Assembly (NCBI RefSeq): GCF_044324785.1 | Contig: NZ_CP172127.1 | DNA: 64,000 nucleotides | Reading direction: 5' to 3' (one strand) | Origin: Escherichia coli | GTDB taxonomy: Bacteria > Pseudomonadota > Gammaproteobacteria > Enterobacterales > Enterobacteriaceae | In this document: piece after piece, positions 34,283 through 46,191 of the stretch | How positions within the stretch are numbered: position 1 is the stretch's first letter | Layout of the letters: each line of letters opens with the position of its first letter | Notes under the pieces: generated by a model | The model's database searches: none | Told to the model about the DNA's origin: nothing | The model's input: only the letters and a program-made list of their open reading frames with translations | Translations under genes and position numbers: made by a program

Positions 34283-34317
34283 CCGGATGCGAAAACTCGC
34301 ATCCGGCAATAACGCAA

Positions 34318-35703
34318 TTACTTACGACGCCAGGTGGTCCCTTGCGGGCCATCTTCCAGCACGATCCCCATCTCATTCAGACGATCACGCGCCGCATCTG
34401 CCGCCGCCCAGTCTTTCGCTTTACGGGCATCCAGACGCTGTTGAATTAACGCTTCAATCTCAGCCACTTCGCTGTCGTCTGCCTGCGCGCCGCTTTGCAG
34501 GAACGCTTCCGGTTCTTGATCCAGCAGGCCCAATACGGCGGAAAGTTTACGCAGATGAGACGCCATCGCGTTCGCCGCTGCCATATCTTCTGCTTTCAGA
34601 CGGTTTACTTCACGCGCCATATCAAACAGCACGGAATAGGCTTCCGGGGTGTTGAAATCGTCGTCCATCGCTTCAATAAAGCGCGCTTCAAACGCTTCGC
34701 CACCGGCAGGCGCAACGGTTTTATCTGTGCCGCGCAGCGCAGTGTAGAGACGCTCCAGCGCCGCACGCGCCTGCTTCAGGTTCTCTTCGCTGTAGTTCAG
34801 CTGGCTGCGATAGTGGCCCGACATCAGGAAGTAACGCACGGTTTCAGCATCGTAGTATTTCAGCACATCGCGCACGGTAAAGAAGTTACCCAGCGATTTC
34901 GACATCTTCTCGCGGTCAACCATTACCATCCCGGAGTGCATCCAGTAGTTCACATACTGACCATCATGCGCACAGGTGGACTGAGCGATTTCGTTCTCGT
35001 GGTGCGGGAACATCAGGTCTGAACCGCCGCCGTGAATATCAAAGTGGTTACCCAGCTGCTTGCAGTTCATTGCCGAACATTCAATGTGCCAGCCTGGACG
35101 GCCCGCGCCCCACGGCGACGGCCAGCTCGGTTCGCCCTCTTTCGACATCTTCCACAGAACGAAATCCATCGGGTTGCGTTTGTCGTCGACCACGTCAACG
35201 CGCGCGCCTGCCTGCAGCTGGTCGAGATCCTGACGCGACAGCACGCCATATGTCGGATCGGTCGGGACGTCAAACATCACGTCGCCGTTGTCCGCCACAT
35301 AAGCGTGACCTTTGGCGATCAGTTGTTCAGTGAGTTCAATAATTTCTGCGATATGGTGCGTCGCGCGCGGCTCCATATCCGGGCGCAGAATGTTCAAAGC
35401 ATCAAAATCTTTGTGCATTTCGGCGATCATGCGATCCACCAGCGCTACAAAGCTTTCGCCATTTTCATTGGCGCGTTTGATGATTTTGTCGTCGATATCG
35501 GTAATGTTGCGCACATACTTCAGCTTATAGCCGAGGAAACGCAGATAGCGCGCAACCACGTCAAAGGCAACAAAGGTACGCCCGTGACCGATATGACAGA
35601 GATCGTAAACGGTGATTCCACACACGTACATGCCGACTTCCCCGGCGTGAATAGGCTTAAATTCCTCTTTTTGGCGTGTCAGAGTATTGAAGATTTTTAG
35701 CAT
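34318..35703 (-). CDS. cysS: Cysteinyl-tRNA synthetase
   Basis: 461 aa; HIGH (HIGHGRT) and KMSKS motifs. Confidence 0.95.
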   Translation of the reverse strand: MLKIFNTLTRQKEEFKPIHAGEVGMYVCGITVYDLCHIGHGRTFVAFDVVARYLRFLGYKLKYVRNITDIDDKIIKRANENGESFVALVDRMIAEMHKDFDALNILRPDMEPRATHHIAEIIELTEQLIAKGHAYVADNGDVMFDVPTDPTYGVLSRQDLDQLQAGARVDVVDDKRNPMDFVLWKMSKEGEPSWPSPWGAGRPGWHIECSAMNCKQLGNHFDIHGGGSDLMFPHHENEIAQSTCAHDGQYVNYWMHSGMVMVDREKMSKSLGNFFTVRDVLKYYDAETVRYFLMSGHYRSQLNYSEENLKQARAALERLYTALRGTDKTVAPAGGEAFEARFIEAMDDDFNTPEAYSVLFDMAREVNRLKAEDMAAANAMASHLRKLSAVLGLLDQEPEAFLQSGAQADDSEVAEIEALIQQRLDARKAKDWAAADAARDRLNEMGIVLEDGPQGTTWRRK

Positions 35704-35876
35704 CGAAGATTCCGTTTAGACATGTGTGGGTAATTGAGTTGCGTATAATACCCATATTTCCCGCGCGAATCAGCATACATTGCGTGATGATCCGATCGTG
35801 CGGTTATGCTATAACACCACCCTATATATGACCCGAACCGGGTTGAAGCACCAATCAAACGGAACAGGATGCAAAA

Positions 35877-36371
35877 ATGGTTACTTTCCACACCAATCAC
35901 GGCGATATTGTCATCAAAACTTTTGACGATAAAGCACCTGAAACAGTTAAAAACTTCCTGGACTACTGCCGCGAAGGTTTTTACAACAACACCATTTTCC
36001 ACCGTGTAATCAACGGCTTTATGATTCAGGGCGGCGGTTTTGAGCCGGGCATGAAGCAAAAAACCACCAAAGACCCGATCAAAAACGAAGCCAACAACGG
36101 TCTGAAAAATACCCGTGGTACGCTGGCAATGGCCCGTACTCAGGCACCGCACTCTGCAACTGCACAGTTCTTCATCAACGTGGTTGATAACGACTTCCTG
36201 AACTTCTCTGGCGAAAGCCTGCAAGGTTGGGGTTACTGCGTGTTTGCTGAAGTGGTTGAAGGCATGGACGTGGTAGACAAAATCAAAGGTGTTGCAACCG
36301 GTCGTAGCGGTATGCACCAGGACGTGCCAAAAGAAGACGTTATCATTGAAAGCGTGACCGTTAGCGAGTAA
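35877..36371 (+). CDS. ppiB: Peptidyl-prolyl cis-trans isomerase B
   Basis: 164 aa cyclophilin. Confidence 0.9.
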   Translation: MVTFHTNHGDIVIKTFDDKAPETVKNFLDYCREGFYNNTIFHRVINGFMIQGGGFEPGMKQKTTKDPIKNEANNGLKNTRGTLAMARTQAPHSATAQFFINVVDNDFLNFSGESLQGWGYCVFAEVVEGMDVVDKIKGVATGRSGMHQDVPKEDVIIESVTVSE

Positions 36372-36373
36372 TC

Positions 36374-37096
36374 GTGGCGACACTCTTTATTGCAGATCTT
36401 CATCTCTGCGTGGAAGAACCGGCGATCACCGCCGGTTTTCTGCGTTTTTTAGCGGGGGAAGCCCGCAAGGCCGACGCGCTGTATATTCTTGGCGATCTGT
36501 TTGAAGCGTGGATTGGCGACGACGATCCCAACCCACTCCATCGCCAGATGGCGGCAGCGATCAAAGCGGTGTCCGATTCCGGCGTTCCCTGTTATTTCAT
36601 TCATGGCAACCGTGATTTTCTGCTCGGCAAACGCTTTGCCCGTGAAAGCGGCATGACGTTATTGCCGGAAGAAAAGGTGCTCGAACTGTATGGTCGTCGG
36701 GTGTTGATTATGCATGGCGACACGCTGTGCACCGATGACGCGGGTTATCAGGCTTTTCGCGCCAAAGTCCACAAGCCGTGGCTGCAGACGCTATTCCTCG
36801 CCCTGCCGTTGTTTGTGCGCAAACGCATTGCCGCGCGAATGCGAGCGAACAGCAAAGAAGCCAACAGCAGTAAATCGCTGGCGATCATGGACGTTAACCA
36901 AAACGCGGTGGTCAGTGCGATGGAAAAACATCAGGTGCAATGGCTGATTCACGGGCATACCCATCGCCCGGCAGTACATGAACTTATCGCCAATCAGCAA
37001 CCTGCTTTCCGCGTGGTGCTGGGTGCCTGGCATACGGAAGGTTCAATGGTGAAAGTCACGGCGGATGACGTTGAGCTGATTCATTTTCCGTTTTAA
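36374..37096 (+). CDS. lpxH: UDP-2,3-diacylglucosamine hydrolase LpxH
   Basis: 240 aa calcineurin-like metallophosphoesterase. Confidence 0.9.
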   Translation: MATLFIADLHLCVEEPAITAGFLRFLAGEARKADALYILGDLFEAWIGDDDPNPLHRQMAAAIKAVSDSGVPCYFIHGNRDFLLGKRFARESGMTLLPEEKVLELYGRRVLIMHGDTLCTDDAGYQAFRAKVHKPWLQTLFLALPLFVRKRIAARMRANSKEANSSKSLAIMDVNQNAVVSAMEKHQVQWLIHGHTHRPAVHELIANQQPAFRVVLGAWHTEGSMVKVTADDVELIHFPF

Positions 37097-37124
37097 ATAC
37101 CCGCAACTTTGCTGATTTCACAGC

Positions 37125-37139
37125 CACGCAACCGTTTTC
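37125..37139. promoter_or_regulatory. Putative PurR box upstream of purE
   Basis: ACGCAACCGTTTTCC resembles PurR consensus ACGCAAACGTTTTC. Confidence 0.45.
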
Positions 37140-37212
37140 CTTGCTCTCTTTCCGTGCTATTCTCTGTGCCCTCTAAAGCCGAGAGTTGTGCACCACAGGA
37201 GTTTTAAGACGC

Positions 37213-37722
37213 ATGTCTTCCCGCAATAATCCGGCGCGTGTCGCCATCGTGATGGGGTCCAAAAGCGACTGGGCTACCATGCAGTTCGCCGCCGAAATCT
37301 TCGAAATCCTGAATGTCCCGCACCACGTTGAAGTGGTTTCTGCTCACCGCACCCCCGATAAACTGTTCAGCTTCGCCGAAAGTGCCGAAGAGAACGGTTA
37401 CCAGGTGATTATTGCGGGCGCAGGCGGCGCAGCGCACCTGCCTGGCATGATTGCCGCCAAAACGCTGGTGCCAGTGCTGGGCGTGCCAGTACAGAGCGCC
37501 GCACTGAGCGGTGTCGATAGCCTCTACTCTATCGTACAAATGCCGCGCGGCATTCCGGTGGGTACACTGGCGATTGGTAAAGCTGGCGCGGCAAACGCGG
37601 CGTTACTGGCAGCACAAATTCTTGCAACTCATGATAAAGAGCTACACCAGCGTCTGAATGACTGGCGCAAAGCCCAGACTGACGAAGTGCTGGAAAACCC
37701 GGACCCGCGAGGTGCGGCATGA
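37213..37722 (+). CDS. purE: N5-carboxyaminoimidazole ribonucleotide mutase PurE
   Basis: 169 aa from [20 protein letters not shown]... Confidence 0.9.
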   Translation: MSSRNNPARVAIVMGSKSDWATMQFAAEIFEILNVPHHVEVVSAHRTPDKLFSFAESAEENGYQVIIAGAGGAAHLPGMIAAKTLVPVLGVPVQSAALSGVDSLYSIVQMPRGIPVGTLAIGKAGAANAALLAAQILATHDKELHQRLNDWRKAQTDEVLENPDPRGAA

Positions 37723-38786
37723 AACAGGTTTGCGTCCTCGGTAACGGGCAGTTAGGCCGTATGCTGCGCCAGGCTGGCGAACCGTTAGGCATTGCTGTCT
37801 GGCCGGTCGGGCTGGACGCTGAACCGGCGGCGGTGCCTTTTCAACAAAGCGTGATTACCGCTGAGATCGAACGCTGGCCGGAAACCGCATTAACCCGCGA
37901 GCTGGCGCGCCATCCGGCCTTTGTGAACCGCGATGTGTTCCCGATTATTGCCGACCGTCTGACTCAGAAGCAGCTTTTCGATAAGCTCCATCTACCAACC
38001 GCACCGTGGCAGTTACTTGCCGATCGCAGCGAGTGGCCTGCGGTGTTTGATCGTTTAGGTGAGCTGGCGATTGTTAAGCGTCGCACTGGTGGCTATGACG
38101 GTCGCGGTCAATGGCGTTTACGCGCCGACGAAACCGAACAGTTACCGGCAGAGTGTTACGGCGAATGTATTGTCGAGCAGGGCATTAACTTCTCTGGCGA
38201 AGTGTCGCTGGTTGGCGCGCGCGGTTTTGATGGCAGCACCGTGTTTTATCCGCTGACGCATAACCTGCATCAGGAAGGCATTTTGCGCACCAGCGTCGCT
38301 TTTCCGCAGGCCAACGCACAGCAACAAACACAAGCCGAAGAGATGTTGTCGGCGATTATGCAGGAGCTGGGCTATGTAGGCGTGATGGCAATGGAGTGTT
38401 TTGTCACCCCGCAAGGTCTGTTGATCAACGAACTGGCTCCTCGTGTGCATAACAGCGGTCACTGGACACAAAACGGTGCCAGCATCAGCCAGTTTGAGCT
38501 GCATCTGCGGGCGATTACCGATCTGCCGTTACCGCAACCGGTAGTGAATAGTCCGTCGGTGATGATCAACCTGATTGGTAGCGATGTGAATTATGACTGG
38601 CTGAAACTGCCGCTGGTGCATCTGCACTGGTACGACAAAGAAGTCCGTCCGGGCCGTAAAGTGGGGCATCTGAATTTGACCGACAGCGACACATCGCGTC
38701 TGACCGCGACGCTGGAAGCATTAATCCCGCTGCTGCCGCCGGAGTATGCCAGCGGCGTGATGTGGGCGCAGAGTAAGTTCAGTTAA
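37719..38786 (+). CDS. purK: N5-CAIR synthetase PurK
   Basis: 355 aa ATP-grasp. Confidence 0.9.
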   Translation: MKQVCVLGNGQLGRMLRQAGEPLGIAVWPVGLDAEPAAVPFQQSVITAEIERWPETALTRELARHPAFVNRDVFPIIADRLTQKQLFDKLHLPTAPWQLLADRSEWPAVFDRLGELAIVKRRTGGYDGRGQWRLRADETEQLPAECYGECIVEQGINFSGEVSLVGARGFDGSTVFYPLTHNLHQEGILRTSVAFPQANAQQQTQAEEMLSAIMQELGYVGVMAMECFVTPQGLLINELAPRVHNSGHWTQNGASISQFELHLRAITDLPLPQPVVNSPSVMINLIGSDVNYDWLKLPLVHLHWYDKEVRPGRKVGHLNLTDSDTSRLTATLEALIPLLPPEYASGVMWAQSKFS

Positions 38787-38804
38787 CCTGGTGCTCATAT
38801 TCCT

Positions 38805-38885
38805 GCCGGATGCGGCGTGAACGCCTTATCCGACCTGTGGAAACAGTGATATTTCCAGGTCGGATAATCAGCATCGCATCAGGCA
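38805..38885. repeat. REP/BIME element (two inverted REP units)
   Basis: GCCGGATGCGGCGTGAACGCCTTATCCGACCTG and inverted partner. Confidence 0.6.
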
Positions 38886-38905
38886 CAAATACCGAATGCC
38901 TACGA

Positions 38906-39799
38906 CTACAGCGAAATACAGGTCCCCGCTTCGCCCGCCAGCGTCTCTTCAATCCGCGATAACGCCCCAATCCACGCAGGTTTGCCACGGCTTCTGACAT
39001 AGCCACTCACCGCCGTTACCTTCGGCCCCATCGAACCATCGGCTTTGGCAAATGGCGCTAACTCATCCGGTGTGGCACGGCGAATGGCGCGTTGCTGCGG
39101 CGTTCCCCAGTTTTCATAAACCGCGTCAGCATCGGTGAGGATCACCAGTCCATCTGCATTAATCTGCTCGGCGAGCAACGCAGCGGCGAGATCTTTATCA
39201 ATCACTGCTTCACTCCCTGCTCCGTCATCCGTCACAGGCACACCGCCGCCGCCACTGCAAATCACCACATGCCCCTCTTTGAGCAACAACTCGATGGCTT
39301 CGCTGTCGAGAATTTTACGCGGTTGCGGAGACGCCACCACCCGGCGCAAATATTTACCATCACGTTTCATCTGCCAGCCGTAAGCCGCTTCCAGTGCCTC
39401 TTGTTCTTCTGGCTGATAAACCGGACCGATAAACTTCTCTGGCTGCAAAAACGCCGGATCATCAGGCGAAACCTCAATGCGCGTCAGCACCGTCGTGACA
39501 GGCGGCATCTGCGGCTGTGCGCTCAAGCTCTGCGCCAGCATATAGCCAATCATCCCCTGGCTTTCCGCCACCAGCACATCCAGCGGATACGGTTCTACCT
39601 CTTTCCACGCCAGATTCTGTAACGCCAGCAGCCCCACCTGCGGCCCGTTGCCGTGAACAATCGCCAGCCGATAAGAACGGGCCAGGCGCGCCAGCGCGGG
39701 TACAGCACTGGCAATATTGCGATATTGATTTTCTGCCGTCAGCGCCTCACCGCGCTGGAGTAAGGCGTTGCCCCCAAGAGCTACAACCAGTGTTTTCAT
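38906..39799 (-). CDS. ybcF: Carbamate kinase-like protein YbcF (AllK)
   Basis: 297 aa carbamate kinase fold. Confidence 0.8.
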   Translation of the reverse strand: MKTLVVALGGNALLQRGEALTAENQYRNIASAVPALARLARSYRLAIVHGNGPQVGLLALQNLAWKEVEPYPLDVLVAESQGMIGYMLAQSLSAQPQMPPVTTVLTRIEVSPDDPAFLQPEKFIGPVYQPEEQEALEAAYGWQMKRDGKYLRRVVASPQPRKILDSEAIELLLKEGHVVICSGGGGVPVTDDGAGSEAVIDKDLAAALLAEQINADGLVILTDADAVYENWGTPQQRAIRRATPDELAPFAKADGSMGPKVTAVSGYVRSRGKPAWIGALSRIEETLAGEAGTCISL

Positions 39800-40611
39800 G
39801 GTTTTCCTTGTAATAATTGTTGACCAAGCCAGAACCCCAGCAGCGTATCTGCCCCTGACGTATGCCCCAGCGCCAGCAGCGAATCAATCGCAACAGCGGT
39901 ACGTTTCGGGCAACTCAGAGCATGGACAAAGTGCAGGAGTGGCGAGGCGAAATATCCTTGCGCGGCATAACGTAAATAACTGACGCTCACCGCTGTGGTA
40001 ACGAGTTGAAGATTGTCGGAACAGGCAAAAAATGGGCGACCGGAGCGCGCATCTAAAGCGCCATAATACCAGGCCGCCAGCAGCATTCCGCTCAGCGTGT
40101 CATCATGACTCGGCGTTAATCCCGGACCTTTTCCCAGCCAGTGCCGCCAGTCGGTCTTCACGCCATTGAGCGCGGCCTGAAAACAGTGGCGAAACTGGCG
40201 TAATTCAGCAGGAAGCGGATCGCCTGCCGCCAACGCCAGTGGCCCGAAAAGCCCGGTTTCCTCCGCGCGTTGCATCCATGCAGCTGCAAGCGGTTGAGGA
40301 TGCGCAGGCGGCGTAATACGCAGCAAACAATAACGCTGTGGCTGTTTAACCGTGAAACGTCCGAGGCGAATCCCTTGAGCCACAACCTTCGGTCGTTCAT
40401 TGCCGCATAATCCACCGCATAACGCATCGAATTGCGCGCGGCGAAGCACCCATCCTCCGGGGCCGAAACCACTACCCTGACGATGCAGCGTTAACAGTTC
40501 GCCGCTTTCCGTCATCAGGTTAATCGCCCGTCGCCACACTCCCGCTAACCGCCAGGACTGGCAATAATTCGGTGCGCTACGGCTGGCAAGCAGAGGATGG
40601 ATGATCGTCAT
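39796..40611 (-). CDS. ylbF: YlbF (DUF2877; oxamate carbamoyltransferase component)
   Basis: 271 aa, operon with ylbE/fdrA. Confidence 0.7.
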   Translation of the reverse strand: MTIIHPLLASRSAPNYCQSWRLAGVWRRAINLMTESGELLTLHRQGSGFGPGGWVLRRAQFDALCGGLCGNERPKVVAQGIRLGRFTVKQPQRYCLLRITPPAHPQPLAAAWMQRAEETGLFGPLALAAGDPLPAELRQFRHCFQAALNGVKTDWRHWLGKGPGLTPSHDDTLSGMLLAAWYYGALDARSGRPFFACSDNLQLVTTAVSVSYLRYAAQGYFASPLLHFVHALSCPKRTAVAIDSLLALGHTSGADTLLGFWLGQQLLQGKP

Positions 40612-40621
40612 TGCGCGTTCC

Positions 40622-41881
40622 TCAACCTATCCCCATGCTTTCAGCCAGTGCTTCCAGCGCCTGTTCAAAGCAGGCCAACGGTGCCCGCACAGTGCCTGCG
40701 CCAATCTGCCCGATCCCCGCCTCTTTATGGGCGATACCGGTATTGATGAGTGGCGTAATGCCGGTTTCTACCACGCGACGAATATCCAGCCCCAGGCACG
40801 CGCCCTGAAAATCCCAGCTTGGGATCTGCAACTGCATATTGCGTTCAAGGTAAATTTCCGCCATCTCTTCAGATACCGCTCTGGCCGCTTCCATGCCACC
40901 CGCACCGACAAAGCGCGTTACGCCAGGCGCTGCGATCATTGCCGCACCTCCGATACCAAAGGTTTCGGTAATCGCACTATCGCCCATATCCGGGTTCGCC
41001 AGATCCTGCGAGAAGCCGGTGAAAAACAGACCTTGCGGAGTGTTTACAGGCGCAGTAAACCAGCGTTCGCCCAGCCCGCTGACCCGAATCCCGAACATAT
41101 TGCCGTTGCGGGTCATTGCCGTGACGATGCTGCCTGCGCGGATCATCGCGCCAGCATCCATCGCCACCTTGCAGTAAGCCATCGCGAGGTTGAGGAAGAA
41201 CTGATCGGTCACGCTGAGGAAATCCATCACTTCCGCAATGTGCTGTTTATCATGATCGAGGCGAGCAATTTGTGGGGCCAGCGTACGCATTAACAGTGCT
41301 GAGGAAGCAATATTGCGTTGATGGAACTCATCGCCCATGGTAATGCCCTGCGCCATCATTGCCGTGAGATCGATACCGCGCTCCATGCGCCCCAGCGCCG
41401 CGCTTAATACTGGCATTAACACATCGCGCATCCAGCGATGGCGAGTCAGGACATCTTCGTCGTAAGCGCCAAAACGCATCACTTTGCCGATACCTTCGTT
41501 GAGGTTGCAGTACGCCCGGTTGCCGTCGGTCACGTTCTCGACCACCAGCATCGGCATACTGGCAGAAGTAATACCGCCCATTGGCCCGACGGCATTCACA
41601 TGGTGACAAGGAATGAAGTTCACTTCCCCCTGCTCCAGTATTGCCAGCGCCTGCGCTTCATCTTTCGCCCAGCCTTCGAACAGACATGCGCCCACGCACG
41701 CCCCTTTCATGGGTCCGGTCATCTCCTGCCAGCGCATTGGCGGCCCGGCGTGAAGCAGTGTTTTGCCCTCGTTTAGTTCGCTGATAAGTGAAGAAGCCGG
41801 TTGCACATCCAGCCAGTGTGGACGAGCGCGACGAATTTGTTCGATAACCGCAGCATTGGCTTGCGCCACTGATGTAAACAT
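40622..41881 (-). CDS. ylbE: YlbE (DUF1116; oxamate carbamoyltransferase component), intact
   Basis: 419-aa uninterrupted ORF. Confidence 0.7.
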   Translation of the reverse strand: MFTSVAQANAAVIEQIRRARPHWLDVQPASSLISELNEGKTLLHAGPPMRWQEMTGPMKGACVGACLFEGWAKDEAQALAILEQGEVNFIPCHHVNAVGPMGGITSASMPMLVVENVTDGNRAYCNLNEGIGKVMRFGAYDEDVLTRHRWMRDVLMPVLSAALGRMERGIDLTAMMAQGITMGDEFHQRNIASSALLMRTLAPQIARLDHDKQHIAEVMDFLSVTDQFFLNLAMAYCKVAMDAGAMIRAGSIVTAMTRNGNMFGIRVSGLGERWFTAPVNTPQGLFFTGFSQDLANPDMGDSAITETFGIGGAAMIAAPGVTRFVGAGGMEAARAVSEEMAEIYLERNMQLQIPSWDFQGACLGLDIRRVVETGITPLINTGIAHKEAGIGQIGAGTVRAPLACFEQALEALAESMGIG

Positions 41882-41890
41882 GGGAACCCC

Positions 41891-43558
41891 TTATTGCAAA
41901 CGTTCTAATAAACGAGCCAGTTTTTTATTGCCGCCGGCGACTGGCGACCATTGGTAATGCACAACCGGTTTGCTGGCGCTTTGTAGCTCCAGCGCAAAGC
42001 TGCGTAATCCGATGTTAATCACGGCGACGTTTTCCAGTAATGACGGTGTGTGTTGCTGTGCGGCAGGCGAGAGCGGATGAATTAACGCTGCCGCCAGCAA
42101 GGTGGCTTCCGGTAGCGAACTCACGACAGCAATCCCCGCATCTTCCAGCGTGGTGATTTGCTGCGAGCGGCATTGCGGGTCACGTTCGGTACCTGTCACC
42201 GTGGCAATGGCGTACAGCGGTTGGCTGTCTGAACGCGTGGCACAGGCTTTTTGCCAGGCGCTTACCAGCGAGGCAGCAGGATCGGCGGTCGCGCCGAAGC
42301 CAATCACCACATCAAGCAGCAACACGCGCACTTGTGGTTTAGCGCCGAGATCGGCAATTAACTGGTTGCGTAAGGTTGGGTCGATCATCGGATGGGGACG
42401 CCCGACGGTGTAGAAATCATCGCCAAGGTCAATGATCTGGTGACCATCGGCATCGAGCATCATGCCGTGATGATGGGCATCGTCGGCTACCACGCCAAGG
42501 TGCCCGGCAAGTAATCCCGCCGCTTCGGCGGCCAGCGTACCGCCGGTATACAAACCGCAAATAAGTCCACTGCTGACAGGTGCTATTGCATTACGTCGCG
42601 CCGTAACGCGTGAAAGCAGGCAAGCCAGACGTGCGGCATCATCCAGCGAGGAGGCAAACCAGACATTCTCGTCGCGGGTCACCGCCGGGGTGTAACCTAA
42701 AAACAGCGCCACCGTCGGTTTGCCGGTTGCTTTCATGGCATTAACAATTTTCAGACGCACAGCTTCGGCAGGTGGTTTTGAAACAAATGCCAGCACTTCG
42801 CTTTTCTCGTCTGCGCTGAGCATTTCCAACGCCGTCAGCGCACTGATACCGCCCACTTCACGGCTGAGGTCGCGCCCGCCAAGACCAATCGCGTGAGTAA
42901 TTCCCTCACCTGCCAGCGCAATCTGCGAGCACAGTTCCTGAATCCCGGTACCGGAAGCGCCAATGACACCAATATTTCCTTCCGGCATCACGTTGGCGAA
43001 AGCCAGCGGCGTGGCGGCGATCATCGACGTACCGCAGTCCGGCCCCATCACCAGCAAGCCTTTTTCCCGAGCGCGGGTTTTGAGTTGGATTTCATCTTCC
43101 AGCGTGACGTTATCGGAGAACATCATCACGTTGAGGTTGCGATCCAGCGCCTGATTCGCCAGCTCCGCCGCATACTCGCCAGCCACTGAAATCAGCGCCA
43201 GACTGGCATCGGGTAATTTCTGACAGGCACTGTCCCAGCGACGCACCTGCGTCAACGCCTGGCTGCTGCCTGAACCCTGCGCCAGTTGTTTTAGCGCCTC
43301 TTCAAGCTGTTGCATAATCGCCTGCGCGATCCCCGCATCCGCCGCTTCGCTACGAATTGCCACGCAAATATCGTTCGGCGTGGCGTTATTAAAATCGTCA
43401 TGCCAGAAACCTGTAGTCTCTAATAACGCTTTATTGGCGGGCGTACCCATCATTACAGAAACATCATCAACATTTTCTGATTCGCTTAGTTTTCGTGAAA
43501 TAATCATTAAACTGACCGAATCCTGAAAACACCCTTTTTTAATAAAGGCGTGGATCAT
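41891..43558 (-). CDS. fdrA: FdrA (acyl-CoA synthetase-like; oxamate carbamoyltransferase component)
   Basis: 555 aa. Confidence 0.75.
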   Translation of the reverse strand: MIHAFIKKGCFQDSVSLMIISRKLSESENVDDVSVMMGTPANKALLETTGFWHDDFNNATPNDICVAIRSEAADAGIAQAIMQQLEEALKQLAQGSGSSQALTQVRRWDSACQKLPDASLALISVAGEYAAELANQALDRNLNVMMFSDNVTLEDEIQLKTRAREKGLLVMGPDCGTSMIAATPLAFANVMPEGNIGVIGASGTGIQELCSQIALAGEGITHAIGLGGRDLSREVGGISALTALEMLSADEKSEVLAFVSKPPAEAVRLKIVNAMKATGKPTVALFLGYTPAVTRDENVWFASSLDDAARLACLLSRVTARRNAIAPVSSGLICGLYTGGTLAAEAAGLLAGHLGVVADDAHHHGMMLDADGHQIIDLGDDFYTVGRPHPMIDPTLRNQLIADLGAKPQVRVLLLDVVIGFGATADPAASLVSAWQKACATRSDSQPLYAIATVTGTERDPQCRSQQITTLEDAGIAVVSSLPEATLLAAALIHPLSPAAQQHTPSLLENVAVINIGLRSFALELQSASKPVVHYQWSPVAGGNKKLARLLERLQ

Positions 43559-43874
43559 AACAACTCCTTAAAAATTGCACCCATGGCAATTGCACGAGCA
43601 GTGTTAATGTGGCGATTACGGTATCGATGACAACGGGTAAATAAGGTGATGAATATCACACAGGGATTATTAACAAAAGAATTCAAATAACCGCTATGCT
43701 ATTACGTGTTATTTTTTAATAAGCGTGGTTGTTTTAAAAACCAGGTTAAAAGCGAGCGGATTATCAAATAAATTCTAACTATATTTTTTTGCCTGTCTGG
43801 ATCACATAATCCAGATATTTTCCCTGTATGTTAATTGCAGTCATGCTTCACACCGTCGTTAAAAAGGAAGACAG

Positions 43875-44924
43875 ATGAAAATCAGTCGGGAAACACTCCA
43901 CCAGCTAATCGAGAATAAACTCTGCCAGGCTGGGTTAAAACGTGAGCACGCTGCAACCGTGGCTGAAGTATTGGTTTACGCCGATGCCAGAGGGATCCAC
44001 TCTCATGGCGCGGTGCGCGTTGAATACTACGCAGAACGCATTTCAAAAGGCGGCACCAACCGCGAACCGGAGTTTCGTCTTGAAGAAACCGGGCCATGTT
44101 CAGCAATTTTACATGCTGACAATGCCGCCGGACAGGTCGCGGCGAAAATGGGCATGGAACATGCCATCAAAACCGCCCAGCAAAATGGCGTTGCGGTGGT
44201 CGGTATCAGCCGGATGTGTCACAGCGGCGCAATCTCTTATTTTGTACAGCAGGCAGCTCGCGCCGGGTTAATTGGCATTTCGATGTGCCAGTCCGATCCA
44301 ATGGTGGTGCCGTTTGGCGGCGCGGAAATTTACTACGGTACTAACCCACTGGCCTTTGCCGCGCCGGGAGAAGGCGACGAGATCCTTACCTTTGATATGG
44401 CGACTACCGTACAGGCATGGGGAAAAGTGCTCGACGCCCGCTCGCGTAATATGTCTATCCCGGATACCTGGGCGGTCGATAAAAACGGAGCACCAACAAC
44501 CGATCCATTTGCAGTTAACGCCCTGCTCCCTGCCGCCGGACCGAAAGGGTATGGCCTGATGATGATGATTGACGTCCTCTCAGGCGTCTTACTCGGCTTA
44601 CCGTTCGGGCGACAGGTTAGTTCGATGTATGACGATTTACACGCCGGGCGTAATTTGGGGCAATTACATATCGTTATTAACCCGAACTTTTTCTCCTCCA
44701 GCGAATTATTCCGTCAACATCTTAGCCAGACCATGCGTGAATTAAATGCCATTACCCCCGCGCCCGGTTTTAACCAGGTTTATTATCCCGGACAGGATCA
44801 GGATATTAAACAACGCAAAGCCGCCGTCGAAGGCATCGAAATTGTTGATGATATTTACCAGTATTTAATTTCCGACGCGCTTTATAACACGTCATACGAA
44901 ACGAAAAATCCCTTTGCGCAATAA
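43875..44924 (+). CDS. allD: Ureidoglycolate dehydrogenase AllD
   Basis: 349 aa. Confidence 0.85.
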   Translation: MKISRETLHQLIENKLCQAGLKREHAATVAEVLVYADARGIHSHGAVRVEYYAERISKGGTNREPEFRLEETGPCSAILHADNAAGQVAAKMGMEHAIKTAQQNGVAVVGISRMCHSGAISYFVQQAARAGLIGISMCQSDPMVVPFGGAEIYYGTNPLAFAAPGEGDEILTFDMATTVQAWGKVLDARSRNMSIPDTWAVDKNGAPTTDPFAVNALLPAAGPKGYGLMMMIDVLSGVLLGLPFGRQVSSMYDDLHAGRNLGQLHIVINPNFFSSSELFRQHLSQTMRELNAITPAPGFNQVYYPGQDQDIKQRKAAVEGIEIVDDIYQYLISDALYNTSYETKNPFAQ

Positions 44925-44945
44925 TTATTGAGACAGGACTTTCTT

Positions 44946-46181
44946 ATGATTACACATTTTCGTCAAGCCATAGAAGAAACGCTGCCCTGGCTTTCCTCTT
45001 TTGGCGCTGACCCAACGGGTGGTATGACCCGTTTACTTTATTCGCCGGAATGGCTGGAAACTCAGCAGCAATTTAAAAAAAGAATGGCAGCAAGCGGGCT
45101 GGAAACACGTTTCGATGAAGTGGGCAATTTATACGGTCACCTGAGTGGGACCGAATATCCACAGGAAGTGGTTCTGAGCGGTTCGCATATCGATACCGTG
45201 GTTAACGGCGGTAACCTCGACGGGCAATTCGGCGCGCTGGCGGCGTGGCTGGCAATTGACTGGCTGAAAACGCAATACGGCGCGCCGTTACGTACGGTCG
45301 AAGTGGTGGCGATGGCAGAAGAAGAAGGCAGCCGCTTCCCGTATGTCTTCTGGGGCAGTAAAAATATCTTTGGGCTGGCGAATCCTGACGACGTGCGGAA
45401 TATCTGTGATGCCAAAGGAAATAGTTTTGTCGATGCGATGAAGGCTTGCGGATTTACTCTGCCGAACGCCCCACTAACTCCGCGTCAGGATATTAAAGCC
45501 TTTGTCGAACTGCATATCGAACAGGGCTGTGTGCTGGAAAGTAATGGGCAGTCAATTGGCGTGGTGAATGCAATTGTCGGGCAGCGTCGTTATACGGTGA
45601 CGCTGAATGGCGAATCAAACCATGCAGGCACCACGCCGATGGGTTATCGTCGTGATACGGTTTACGCTTTCAGTCGCATTTGCCATCAGTCTGTCAAAAA
45701 AGCGAAAAAGATGGGTGACCCGCTGGTGCTGACCTTTGGTAAGGTGGAGCCGCGCCCGAATACGGTGAATGTGGTGCCGGGTAAAACCACGTTCACCATT
45801 GATTGTCGTCATACCGATGCTACCGTGCTGCGCGATTTCACCCAACAGTTAGAAAACGACATGCGGGCGATTTGCGATGAAATGGACATTGGTATTGATA
45901 TCGATTTATGGATGGACGAAGAACCCGTGCCGATGAACAAGGAACTGGTCGCCACCCTGACAGAATTGTGTGAAAGCGAAAAACTGAATTACCGGGGGAT
46001 GCACAGTGGTGCCGGGCACGACGCACAAATTTTCGCGCCGCGCGTGCCGACCTGCATGATTTTTATCCCCAGCATCAACGGGATCAGTCATAACCCGGCA
46101 GAACGCACCAATATTACCGACCTTGCCGAAGGGGTCAAAACGTTGGCACTCATGCTTTATCAACTTGCCTGGCAGAAATAA
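44946..46181 (+). CDS. allC: Allantoate amidohydrolase AllC
   Basis: 411 aa from MITHFRQAIEETLPWLSSFG..., M20 peptidase family. Confidence 0.85.
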   Translation: MITHFRQAIEETLPWLSSFGADPTGGMTRLLYSPEWLETQQQFKKRMAASGLETRFDEVGNLYGHLSGTEYPQEVVLSGSHIDTVVNGGNLDGQFGALAAWLAIDWLKTQYGAPLRTVEVVAMAEEEGSRFPYVFWGSKNIFGLANPDDVRNICDAKGNSFVDAMKACGFTLPNAPLTPRQDIKAFVELHIEQGCVLESNGQSIGVVNAIVGQRRYTVTLNGESNHAGTTPMGYRRDTVYAFSRICHQSVKKAKKMGDPLVLTFGKVEPRPNTVNVVPGKTTFTIDCRHTDATVLRDFTQQLENDMRAICDEMDIGIDIDLWMDEEPVPMNKELVATLTELCESEKLNYRGMHSGAGHDAQIFAPRVPTCMIFIPSINGISHNPAERTNITDLAEGVKTLALMLYQLAWQK

Positions 46182-46191
46182 GGAGTTATAA

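Noticed and set aside
34495-35700. Long plus-strand ORFs (175 aa and 222 aa) inside cysS
   Set aside because: They lie antisense to a highly conserved aminoacyl-tRNA synthetase gene, have Arg/His-rich low-complexity translations and no RBS; typical GC-rich antisense artefacts
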